In this document: piece by piece, positions 30,074 through 38,603 of the stretch
How positions within the stretch are numbered: the stretch's first letter is position 1
How the letters are laid out: every line of letters starts with the position of its first letter
Assembly (NCBI GenBank): GCA_038063635.1
Contig: JBBTUS010000006.1
Coordinates: forward strand, 13,500 to 77,499
Length of the DNA stretch: 64,000 nucleotides
Origin: Patescibacteria group bacterium
Lineage (GTDB): Bacteria; Patescibacteriota; Minisyncoccia; Phycocordibacterales; UBA9973
Direction: 5' to 3'
Position numbers and translations under genes: made by a program
Notes under the pieces: generated by a model
What the model was told of the DNA's origin: nothing
Database searches by the model: none
Seen by the model: only the letters and a program-made list of their open reading frames with translations

Positions 30074-31469
30074 AATAAAACTTTATAACACTCTGAGTAG
30101 AAAAAAAGAAGAATTTACGCCGATAAATGAACTGGAAGTCCGCATGTACACCTGCGGACCGACAGTTTATAACTACACACACATAGGCAATCTGCGTTCT
30201 TATATTTTTGCCGATATATTATGCCGTACCCTCAAATATAGCGGATTAAAAGTAAAACAAGTAATAAACATTACAGATATCGGACATCTTTCCAGTGATG
30301 CTGATTCTGGCGACGATAAAATGACCAAGGGACTTTTGCGCGAAGGAAAAGAATTAAGCTTAAAAAATATGCGCGAACTTGCGGAATTTTATACAGAAAG
30401 TTTTAAAGAAGATTTAAAAATACTTAATGTTGAAAAACCTAACGGAATGTATTTTGCCAGTGATTATATAAAAGAAGATATTGATTTAATAAAAAAATTA
30501 GAAAAAAAGGGATACACATATAAAACAAGTGATGGAATTTATTTTAATATCTCTAAAATGTCTGATTATGGAATATTGTCTGGTGGAAAAAAAAATTGGA
30601 ATAAAGAAGGAGCCAGAATAGCCGAAAATTCCGAGAAAAAAAATCCGGAAGATTTTGCATTATGGAAATTTAATAATGAGATTGGTTTTAAATCTCCTTT
30701 TGGAAAAGGTTTCCCGGGATGGCACATAGAATGTTCGGCAATGAGTATGAAATTTTTAGGCGAACAGTTTGATATTCATACCGGTGGAATTGATTTAATC
30801 CCAATACATCATACAAATGAAATTGCCCAATCGGAATGCGCAACTGGCAAAAAACCTTTTGTAAAATTTTGGATGCATAGTGAGCATGTAGATACAGGAG
30901 GAGAGAGAATGGCAAAATCAGTCGGCAATTTTCTAAAAATTCAAAGTTTAATAGAAAAAGGCATAAATCCTATAACCTACCGTTTTTGGCTTTTAATGGC
31001 TAATTACAGAACTAAGGTGAACTTCGTTTGGGAAGCCCTGGAGGGCGCAGAAACAGCCCTTAAACGCCTTTATCGGCTTTATTTGAACCTTGGAGAAGAG
31101 GTTGGAGACATAAACAAGAATTATCAAAAAAAGTTTAAAGAGTGTTTGAAAGACGACCTAGATACTTCAAAAGCTCTTGCTCTTCTTTGGGATTTGTTAA
31201 AAGACCTGCCCGCCGATAAGGAGAGTGAGAAAATTTTAAACAAAGATAAAAAAGCTACAATATTGGATTTTGATAAAGTTTTAGGCTTAGGTTTTCTAAA
31301 TTTAAAAGAAGAAGATATTCCAAAAAAAATTACAAAATTAGCGGAAGAGCGCGAACTCGCCCGTAAAAATAAAGATTGGAACACAGCTGATGAAATTCGC
31401 GAGAAAATATCAGAAATGGGATACGATACAGACGACACTTCTTCCGGTCCAAGAATACGTAAAGTTTAA
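30060..31469 (+). CDS. cysS: cysteinyl-tRNA synthetase
   Basis: MYTCGPTVYNYTHIGNLRSY is the HIGH region. GWHIECSAMS and KMSKS (RMAKSVGN) are present. Confidence 0.9.
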   Translation: MNQSKIKLYNTLSRKKEEFTPINELEVRMYTCGPTVYNYTHIGNLRSYIFADILCRTLKYSGLKVKQVINITDIGHLSSDADSGDDKMTKGLLREGKELSLKNMRELAEFYTESFKEDLKILNVEKPNGMYFASDYIKEDIDLIKKLEKKGYTYKTSDGIYFNISKMSDYGILSGGKKNWNKEGARIAENSEKKNPEDFALWKFNNEIGFKSPFGKGFPGWHIECSAMSMKFLGEQFDIHTGGIDLIPIHHTNEIAQSECATGKKPFVKFWMHSEHVDTGGERMAKSVGNFLKIQSLIEKGINPITYRFWLLMANYRTKVNFVWEALEGAETALKRLYRLYLNLGEEVGDINKNYQKKFKECLKDDLDTSKALALLWDLLKDLPADKESEKILNKDKKATILDFDKVLGLGFLNLKEEDIPKKITKLAEERELARKNKDWNTADEIREKISEMGYDTDDTSSGPRIRKV

Positions 31470-31474
31470 TTTAC

Positions 31475-32419
31475 TTATTTCTCCCAAGGAAAATCAGGCC
31501 TTCCAAAATGACCCCATTGTGAAGTTTCGGCAAATTTAATATTCTCTAAATTTAATAATTTTTTTATTCCTTTTGGAGTTAAATTATATCCTTCTATGAT
31601 AGTTTCCTTTCCATCTAATACTGCAATAGCCATAACTGGTTCTGGCTTCCCTATTGCATAGGCAAGTTTTACAAAAACTTCTTTTGCTTTATACATTTTT
31701 ATAAAATCTATTGCAATTTTTCGAGCTATATATGCTCCGCTTCTATCCACTTTTGTGCAGTCTTTCCCGGAAAAAGACCCTCCCCCAATCGGTATTTCTG
31801 GACCGTAATTATCTACCACTAATTTTCTGCCTGACAAGCCGGCATCCGCGTCAAACCCGCCCATCGTCCAATCTCCAGCCGGATTAATTAAATATTTCTC
31901 GGCAGAAATTATGCTTTTTACTAGCGGTAATAAGTCTGTGTTTTTAGAACTTTGAAAACTTACTACGACTGTTTTTATTTTATCCCCGTCTAGCGTAACT
32001 TGCACTTTACCGTCATATGGATATTTTTCATAAATTTTCATACAAAGATTTCTAGCTAATTCATATTCTAATGGCATTAAATTTCTTGTTTCAGCAGTGG
32101 CATATCCTTTCATAATTCCTTGGTCTCCTGCGCCTCCAATATCTACTCCTTGAGCAATCTCTGGACTTTGTTTGGATAAATTAACAATAACTTTATAATT
32201 TTCTCCGACAATTCTTTTTATTAAAAACTCTAAATTCGGCGATGCTTTGCTCGTAACTTCTCCGTTGACAGTGATAAGATTATGGCCACCCATTACTTCT
32301 ATGCCTACGCGACTTTCTTTGTCATTTTCCAAATAGGCATCTAGTATAGAATCCGCGATAAAATCACAAATTTTATCTGGATGACCGGGACTTACAAATT
32401 CTGCTGTTTTTATACTCAT
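31475..32419 (-). CDS. metK: S-adenosylmethionine synthetase (compact 314-aa form)
   Basis: GHPDKICD, GAGDQG and GGGSFSGKDCTKVDRS are MetK motifs. Confidence 0.85.
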   Translation of the reverse strand: MSIKTAEFVSPGHPDKICDFIADSILDAYLENDKESRVGIEVMGGHNLITVNGEVTSKASPNLEFLIKRIVGENYKVIVNLSKQSPEIAQGVDIGGAGDQGIMKGYATAETRNLMPLEYELARNLCMKIYEKYPYDGKVQVTLDGDKIKTVVVSFQSSKNTDLLPLVKSIISAEKYLINPAGDWTMGGFDADAGLSGRKLVVDNYGPEIPIGGGSFSGKDCTKVDRSGAYIARKIAIDFIKMYKAKEVFVKLAYAIGKPEPVMAIAVLDGKETIIEGYNLTPKGIKKLLNLENIKFAETSQWGHFGRPDFPWEK

Positions 32420-32513
32420 ATTTTTTAAAATAAAAGGTATTAAACCTTTTAATTCGACGTCGACTCGGACGTCGTGAACGAGATTACTCGTTCACACGCT
32501 CCTCGCTCGTCGA

Positions 32514-32712
32514 AATAAAAAATCCTCTAATTGAGGAAAGATTTTTACGTTGACTGGACGTACTTATCTCTCCTAATATTGCTTTTGCAATATTGGTTGG
32601 ATTTAGCACCTTGCCAAATAAATTCTAACAGGTTGCTGAGCGACTCGAGCCAAATCTCGTTCTCCATCCGCAGTTTTAACGAAGGAGGATCATCGCTACT
32701 CTTGATACAAAC
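32514..32712 (-). ncRNA. SAM-I (S-box) riboswitch with a terminator expression platform in the metK leader
   Basis: The minus strand reads ...TATCAAGAG...CAGCAACC...AAGGTGCTAAATCC...GAGAGATAAG in the order of the conserved S-box segments. The P3 pairing is AGCA(A)CC/GGTGCT and the P4 hairpin is CAATATTGC-AAAA-GCAATATTG. A TCCTC-AATTA-GAGGA hairpin plus TTTTTTATTT follows. The element sits directly upstream of metK. Confidence 0.6.
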
Positions 32713-32833
32713 TATTTAGTTATAAATACATAATAGCAAATATATACTTTTATGCAAATATATTTTAAAAAGTAAAATATTGCTTAATTTCTTTACTTAT
32801 AATAGTATTTACTATATATTTAATTAATAAATT

Positions 32834-33730
32834 ATGATGGTAGACTCAATTATTAGTGCAAAAAAAATAAACGAATCAGATGTCGTTATTCTGCTGGCCG
32901 GTTATGAAAAAACTGTTTCGTCAAAAAAGGGCGCATCAAAAGGTCCTAAAAAAGTTTTAGAAATGCTTGACTCAAAAATTGAGTTTTTTGACCGTACTTA
33001 TAAAACAATTCCTAGTAATAAAATTAAAATTGGAGAAAAAAATCTTGGTATTATGAAGTTTTTTTCTCCAGAAAAAGTTTATAAAAAAATAACATTGGAG
33101 TGCGAAAAATTACTTAAAAATAATAAATTTATATTCTTACTAGGAGGAGAACATTCCGTCTCATTAGGACATTTAAAGGCTTTAACAACAAAAATAAATC
33201 CGAAAGAAGTTACAATAGTGCAAATAGATGCTCATTGCGACTTACGTGATAACGATAGCGACTATAGTAAAAAACCATCAAAATTTGCGCATTCATGTGT
33301 GGCGCGTCGCGCTCATGAATTAGGATATAATCTTATTCAAATTGGTATTCGTACTTATTCCATTGATGAATATAATTATTTTTCTGATCCACAAAATAAT
33401 ATTACGGTTTTTGAATGGGGTGTTGGCAAAAAAATTCCAACCATAGAAGAAATAATTGGGTCTATTAAAACAAAATATGTTTATATTACTATAGATATAG
33501 ACGGATTTGACCCAAAATATATGCCTGGAACCGGCACTCCCGTACAGGGTGGCCTTGATTGGTGGTATGGAATAGAGCTTATAGAAAATATTATAGATAA
33601 AAAAGACATGATAGGAGCAGATATAGTAGAAGTATCCCCTGTTAAAGATTCAGTTCTAACTGAATACGGAGCTGCTCAACTTTGTTATACAATGATAGCT
33701 CATAAATTTAGGGATAAATTAATTTCTTAA
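32834..33730 (+). CDS. arginase/agmatinase-family ureohydrolase (agmatinase-like)
   Basis: GGEHSVS, QIDAHCDLRD and ITIDIDGFDP are the ureohydrolase Mn-binding motifs. Confidence 0.75.
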   Translation: MMVDSIISAKKINESDVVILLAGYEKTVSSKKGASKGPKKVLEMLDSKIEFFDRTYKTIPSNKIKIGEKNLGIMKFFSPEKVYKKITLECEKLLKNNKFIFLLGGEHSVSLGHLKALTTKINPKEVTIVQIDAHCDLRDNDSDYSKKPSKFAHSCVARRAHELGYNLIQIGIRTYSIDEYNYFSDPQNNITVFEWGVGKKIPTIEEIIGSIKTKYVYITIDIDGFDPKYMPGTGTPVQGGLDWWYGIELIENIIDKKDMIGADIVEVSPVKDSVLTEYGAAQLCYTMIAHKFRDKLIS

Positions 33731-34298
33731 AAATTTTTTTTCTATAAATACAAAATACTATAATCAAATTTATTATTATAAAATAGACGCCAAAAGAGTA
33801 TATTGAAAAAATCCAATTTTTTATAATTAACAAGCCTATAATATTATTTACTATTCCAGAAAGATATAAAATCCCTGTTTCTGTGTGCGGAAACTTCCAA
33901 GATTTTATGATGGTTGGAAAGGCTGCTAGACCATCGCTTAATATTGCAAAAAGAATTGAAACTCCCAAATTCTTAGTTAAAATATATATTGCGAGAGCAA
34001 TTAATGATAAAAAACCACAAAACATATCAAATTTTGTGATTTTCCAATAACCATTTTTCACAATTAAAGAAGCGACCAATACAATCAAGGGGCCAAAACC
34101 AGCAATAAATACCGGTAGCACAGAAAGTCCTGCTCCCGCTTTCAGCTGAAAAAATACGCCAATAAATGGCGCAAGCATCCAAATAAACCAAGAAACCAGA
34201 TTGGGTCTTGTTTCTCCAAAAAACATATTCTTAAAATAAAAATAATAACCTATTACGGTTGAAAGTATAATTAGATATCCAAATTGTTCAGGAAGCAT
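33708..34298 (-). CDS. hypothetical polytopic membrane protein (about 6 TM)
   Basis: Hydrophobicity pattern only. Confidence 0.4.
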   Translation of the reverse strand: MLPEQFGYLIILSTVIGYYFYFKNMFFGETRPNLVSWFIWMLAPFIGVFFQLKAGAGLSVLPVFIAGFGPLIVLVASLIVKNGYWKITKFDMFCGFLSLIALAIYILTKNLGVSILFAILSDGLAAFPTIIKSWKFPHTETGILYLSGIVNNIIGLLIIKNWIFSIYSFGVYFIIINLIIVFCIYRKKIFKKLIYP

Positions 34299-34325
34299 TC
34301 TAAAATTATATCATATTACTCCAGT

Positions 34326-35081
34326 AAACAAGGTTCAACCTTGTTAAAATCTTGTTAAAATTCTTTTCTGAAATTTAACCAGTCACTTATAAAATCCTTA
34401 AACTCTTTACGGTATTTAAAGTATTGTGGAAAATTTTCCATATCCAAAATAGATTTTTCTTTTCTATTAAAACCACAATGATCTAAAAAGCTTGAGAACT
34501 TATAATTAAACAAAAAAATTTTTACCCTTATTAAATTTTTAATTCCCTCTTCTTTCCAATTTTTCTCTATTAATTTTACTGGGTTTAATCCAATATAAGC
34601 GAACAAATACTTTAAATAATTATCCTTTTGAACATGACTGCCTTTAAATCTACCTTGAAAGAGGGTGCCATTTCTATTGTATTTCTTATTGAAATACATA
34701 GTATAAGCAGTCATTAATTTTTGCATAAACAAACTAATTCCACCTTCACTTTTTTCATTGATTAAAATATGAAAGTGATTAGGCATCAAACAATAAGCAC
34801 CAATTTCAACCAATGTTTCGTTTCTCTCTAAATTCAAAAGTTCTGACAAGGTCTGACCTTGTCTTAAATAGTCTCCTAAATCTACTTTCAAATTACTATT
34901 GCATAAATATAAAAGAATTAAAAATCTATAATAATCACTTGTTTCATTAAAAATAATTCTTTTATCGGTACCTCTGTTATAAATATGATAAAACTCGCCG
35001 ATAGAAAATTCTATATTTCTACTCATTAATATATTTTAGCAAAGAATACACAGAAGACAAGGTTCAACCTTGTCTTCTGTG
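34326..35081 (-). mobile_element. REP-associated tyrosine transposase (RAYT) / IS200-like unit: a HUH-Y1 transposase gene flanked by palindromes with the shared core acaaggttcaaccttgt
   Basis: The left hairpin is aacaaggttcaaccttgtt (34326-34344). The right is a perfect 33-bp palindrome cacagaagacaaggttcaaccttgtcttctgtg (35049-35081). Confidence 0.7.
34355..35026 (-). CDS. HUH Y1 transposase (IS200/IS605 TnpA-like / RAYT family)
   Basis: CLMPNHFHILI is the HuH motif. YIGLNPVKL matches the catalytic Tyr context YI..NPVK. Confidence 0.7.
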   Translation of the reverse strand: MSRNIEFSIGEFYHIYNRGTDKRIIFNETSDYYRFLILLYLCNSNLKVDLGDYLRQGQTLSELLNLERNETLVEIGAYCLMPNHFHILINEKSEGGISLFMQKLMTAYTMYFNKKYNRNGTLFQGRFKGSHVQKDNYLKYLFAYIGLNPVKLIEKNWKEEGIKNLIRVKIFLFNYKFSSFLDHCGFNRKEKSILDMENFPQYFKYRKEFKDFISDWLNFRKEF

Positions 35082-35103
35082 TTGTTTGTATTAAAAATGA
35101 AAC

Positions 35104-35700
35104 CTAAGAAGCAAGAGGTGATCTAGATTCTAGTATTACTCTTAAGCTTTGAATTTTATCAAGTGCCTCTTTCAGCATATTAACACCTTGTTCATGTAAA
35201 GTATTTTTCTCTTGTTCAGAATAATCTTTATATTTTGTGTCTGCCAATTTAGCTTCGGGGTCTATAAGATAATTTCCTTGTTTCTCTTTAAACAACGGGT
35301 CTTCGGCTTTAATTATTAAATCATAAATTTTTTCGAGCTTTTCATCAAATACCTTAATGGGTTCATACGAATATATTTCATCTTTATTTTTTGGATAAAA
35401 ATACCCGCCGTAACTCTCTTGAGCACACTTAAGATATAATTGGGCAAGTTCGTCAAAAGAATTTTCAAGGTCAAGTGCTAATGATTGATCTACATTATAA
35501 TTTTTATTATAAGGAGGTAAATATTGATCAATACGTCCTGAAACGTGTTTAATTCGAGCTAAAATTGCTTCATGAAGTTTATCATAATGTTTCTCCCTGA
35601 CTTTTGGTCCCCATATGCCAGGTGCTGCATTGGGGAAGGATTTGTATTTAATACTTTTTCTTTCCTCAACTGTTGGTTTAATATCCATTGATTTATTCAT
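35104..35700 (-). CDS. hypothetical protein (198 aa)
   Basis: The ORF is long. I recognise no family. Confidence 0.4.
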   Translation of the reverse strand: MNKSMDIKPTVEERKSIKYKSFPNAAPGIWGPKVREKHYDKLHEAILARIKHVSGRIDQYLPPYNKNYNVDQSLALDLENSFDELAQLYLKCAQESYGGYFYPKNKDEIYSYEPIKVFDEKLEKIYDLIIKAEDPLFKEKQGNYLIDPEAKLADTKYKDYSEQEKNTLHEQGVNMLKEALDKIQSLRVILESRSPLAS

Positions 35701-35778
35701 AAAATTTTTGAATTTGATTTAATTTATAATATTTAGATTACACTACTTTAACATTTAAAGTCAAAATTTTTAGCTATT

Positions 35779-36873
35779 TTATATTCCTTCTTTTTTAAGC
35801 TGTTCTATAATCTCACGAGATTTGTGAGAAAGCTTGTTGGGAAGTTTAATATTTAATTTAATCAATAAATCTCCACGTTTTGTTTTTGAAACAGGCACAC
35901 CTTTGCCGCGCACGCGAAGTATTTCATTTATGGAAACACCTTCTGGAATGGTAACTTTTATTTCTCCATCTAAAGTTTGAATTGGATACTCCGTGCCAAG
36001 CAGCGCTTCAGAAAGTTTTAAATTTAGATTCATTACAAGGTCATTTCCATCTCTCTTAAATATTGAATGTGGCACAACATTTATTTTTATATAAAGATCC
36101 CCGATTGTTCCATTTTTTACAGCTTCTCCCATGCCACTCATGCGAATCATTTCTCCGTTACGAATTCCGGCAGGTATTGAAATTGATATTTCTTCTTCGC
36201 GACGCAATACTCCTGCGCCCTTGCAATGAGAACAAATTTCTTTTGGAATTTCTCCCACGCCTAAGCATTCATTGCAGAGTTTTGTACTTGAAATATTTCC
36301 AAAAATAGTTCTTTTTGCTTCGCGAATTTTTCCTTGTCCATTGCAAGTTTTGCAAGTTTGCGTTTTTGTACCTTCCTTGGCTCCGGAACCGCCACAAATA
36401 CTGCACTTAGATATTTTAGTAATTAAAACTTTTCTAGTAACGCCAAAGATGGAATCAGAAAAAGAAATTTGAATCTCCGTTGAAATATCGCGTCCACGAC
36501 GTGTTTCATATCTTTGTTCTCCGTTTCCTCCAGTAAAGAAATCGCTAAAAATGTCATTTAAATTTCCAAAATCAAATTCTGAACCAGAACCATTTTGAAA
36601 ACCGCTGAAATCAAAACCGCCGAATCCGCCTTGTTGGTATCTAGCGCCTCCGCCTTGATTTATATTTTTAAACCCAGCTCCAAATTGGTCATATTTTGAA
36701 CGCTTAGAGTCATCAGAAAGCACCTGATAAGCTTCATTTGTTTCTTTAAACTTAGCTTCGTTGCCACCTTTCTTGTCTGGATGATATTTGTGCGCTAACT
36801 TATAAAAAGCCTTTTTGATTTCATCTTTTGACGCATTTTTATTTACACCCAATGTATTATAATAATCTTTCAT
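35779..36873 (-). CDS. dnaJ: chaperone DnaJ
   Basis: The J domain is DYYNTLGV...HPDK. A G/F region follows, then four CxxCxGxG zinc-finger repeats and a C-terminal domain. Confidence 0.9.
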   Translation of the reverse strand: MKDYYNTLGVNKNASKDEIKKAFYKLAHKYHPDKKGGNEAKFKETNEAYQVLSDDSKRSKYDQFGAGFKNINQGGGARYQQGGFGGFDFSGFQNGSGSEFDFGNLNDIFSDFFTGGNGEQRYETRRGRDISTEIQISFSDSIFGVTRKVLITKISKCSICGGSGAKEGTKTQTCKTCNGQGKIREAKRTIFGNISSTKLCNECLGVGEIPKEICSHCKGAGVLRREEEISISIPAGIRNGEMIRMSGMGEAVKNGTIGDLYIKINVVPHSIFKRDGNDLVMNLNLKLSEALLGTEYPIQTLDGEIKVTIPEGVSINEILRVRGKGVPVSKTKRGDLLIKLNIKLPNKLSHKSREIIEQLKKEGI

Positions 36874-36930
36874 AATGTTTAAAGAAGCATTATATCATAT
36901 ATTATGTAAACATTTCAATAAAAATTTAAA

Positions 36931-36972
36931 GCGTCGTGGGTTCCTTGTCCTATATCTCCGAGGGCGAAGGCG
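36931..36972. repeat. GC-rich hairpin element, family 1 (copy B), between ATPase-1 and dnaJ
   Basis: gcgtcgtgggttccttgtcctatatctccgagggcgaaggcgc. The terminal arms gcgtc/ggcgc give a G-U wobble if transcribed. Confidence 0.75.
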
Positions 36973-36997
36973 CTAAAATTTCTATTGGAATGTTTAT

Positions 36998-38524
36998 TTA
37001 TATCATGGGTTCTGCTTCCTGTGAAGCTTTATTTGCCTTCAACGCTTCTTTTGAAACACCTGATTCAACCTCATCGGTTCTTTCTTCGTCTTCTTCGTAT
37101 TCCTCTTGCACTTTTCTCTTTGTTTTTCCTTCAATTATCGTCTTTTCTTCCGCGCTTCTTATAATTGTTGCTTCTTCTTCAGCGATAAGTCTAGCTGCAT
37201 CATGTTTTGATATAGAATATTTTCTGTGAGATGCAGAAATAATATCTTCTCGATAAGAAGGATGCGTAGGCGGTAGTACTCTCAAAGTTTCCGCGGAAAA
37301 TGGGTCATATGATTCTCCGTCAATCGTCATTTTTACATAAATTTCTCCAACCGCTAGATTGATTAAATCTTTTATGTCAAAAACTGGAGCAAATTCCGGT
37401 TTCATTTTAATCGCATCTTCTCCGCCAATTCTAAAAGCAATAATACTGCCACAGTTACCAAGCACTGCTTGATGTACTTTAGTAATAATCTGACCGACAT
37501 ACTGATGCGCTATAGTTAAATTTAGCGCATATTTTCTAGCTTCTGATAAAATATTTTCAAAAGTTTGCGTAACTACATTTTGAAACTCGTCTACATATAA
37601 GTAAAAATCCGTACGGTCTTTTTCCGGAATAGCCGCGCGCTCCATTCCTGCTTGTTTTATTTTAGTCAGGAATATTGAACCAAGAAAACTGGAATTTTCT
37701 TCCCCAAGGCGGCCCTTGGAAAGATTAATCAGAATTATTTTTTCTTCGTTCATTAATTTACTTATATCTATTTTATTTTGTTTCTGTCCAAAGATATTTC
37801 TAAGCAATGGGTCGGATAAAAATTGTCCGAGTTTATTTACAAGCGGAATAATAGCATCAGTATCAAATTTTTCAGACCAATCGGCGAATTCAATAGCGAA
37901 GAATCTTTTAACCATGTCGTCTGTAATATATTCAACAACTTTTTGCCTATAATTTCTGTCTGTCAGCATTGAAATCATCCCGCGCATGGTTGCATGCGGA
38001 TAATCAAGCAAGGCTAAACACGTAAAACGAAAAACGTGTTCAAGACGAGGTGTCCAATTGGCTCCGAATTGTTTTTGAAAAACCTCAATAAGACCTTGAG
38101 TAAGTTGAAACTTAAACATCGGGTCCACGTTCGCCAGTGGATTAAATGAAGCTGGATATTCAAGGTCTGTAGGGTCAATAATGCACACGTCTTCAACGCG
38201 TTCTTTTGGTATGTAGTCTAAAATAGCATCAATAACGTCTCCGTGCGGATCAATAAAACACAAGCCATGATTATATGTTATGTCTTGACGCATAAAAAGT
38301 TCAAGTAGTTTACTTTTTCCTACACCGGATTTTCCAATAACATAAAGATGTCTTCTGCGGTCAATACGCTTTATGCCGAAAATAAATTTCTTTTCTTCCA
38401 GAGCTGCCACATAATTCGTACGGCCAATAAAAGAAACCTCCTCTGGATTAACTTTTCCAAAAACAGGAAGTTCTGGCGGAGGAGGAGCATATTTAATTAT
38501 CTGCACTCGATTTGGCTTTGGCAT
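36998..38524 (-). CDS. soluble TraD/TrwB/VirD4-like P-loop ATPase (FtsK/HerA superfamily; paralog 1)
   Basis: GKSGVGKS is the Walker A, followed by IDPHGD. YLYVDEFQN is the Walker B and LTIAHQY is present. It has no N-terminal TM. It is a paralog of 42514..44763. Confidence 0.65.
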   Translation of the reverse strand: MPKPNRVQIIKYAPPPPELPVFGKVNPEEVSFIGRTNYVAALEEKKFIFGIKRIDRRRHLYVIGKSGVGKSKLLELFMRQDITYNHGLCFIDPHGDVIDAILDYIPKERVEDVCIIDPTDLEYPASFNPLANVDPMFKFQLTQGLIEVFQKQFGANWTPRLEHVFRFTCLALLDYPHATMRGMISMLTDRNYRQKVVEYITDDMVKRFFAIEFADWSEKFDTDAIIPLVNKLGQFLSDPLLRNIFGQKQNKIDISKLMNEEKIILINLSKGRLGEENSSFLGSIFLTKIKQAGMERAAIPEKDRTDFYLYVDEFQNVVTQTFENILSEARKYALNLTIAHQYVGQIITKVHQAVLGNCGSIIAFRIGGEDAIKMKPEFAPVFDIKDLINLAVGEIYVKMTIDGESYDPFSAETLRVLPPTHPSYREDIISASHRKYSISKHDAARLIAEEEATIIRSAEEKTIIEGKTKRKVQEEYEEDEERTDEVESGVSKEALKANKASQEAEPMI

Positions 38525-38565
38525 ATTATTTTGTTATTTTACTACAATTTTGGCTTATTTTCAAC

Positions 38566-38593
38566 CTGTTTCTGTTTCCCCTAAGTCCGACTT
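38566..38593. repeat. perfect 12-bp-stem palindrome tttcccctaagtc-cg-acttaggggaaa, sharing the core ccgacttagg with a palindrome inside pepA (23318-23342)
   Basis: Seen directly in the sequence. It is intergenic between Cys-rich paralog 1 and ATPase-1, and no T-tract follows. Confidence 0.6.
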
Positions 38594-38603
38594 AGGGGAA
38601 ACT

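Noticed and set aside
32531-32719. Plus-strand 62-aa ORF between metK and the agmatinase gene.
   Set aside because: It coincides with the structured region interpreted as a SAM-I riboswitch on the opposite strand. Its composition and absence of an RBS argue it is spurious.
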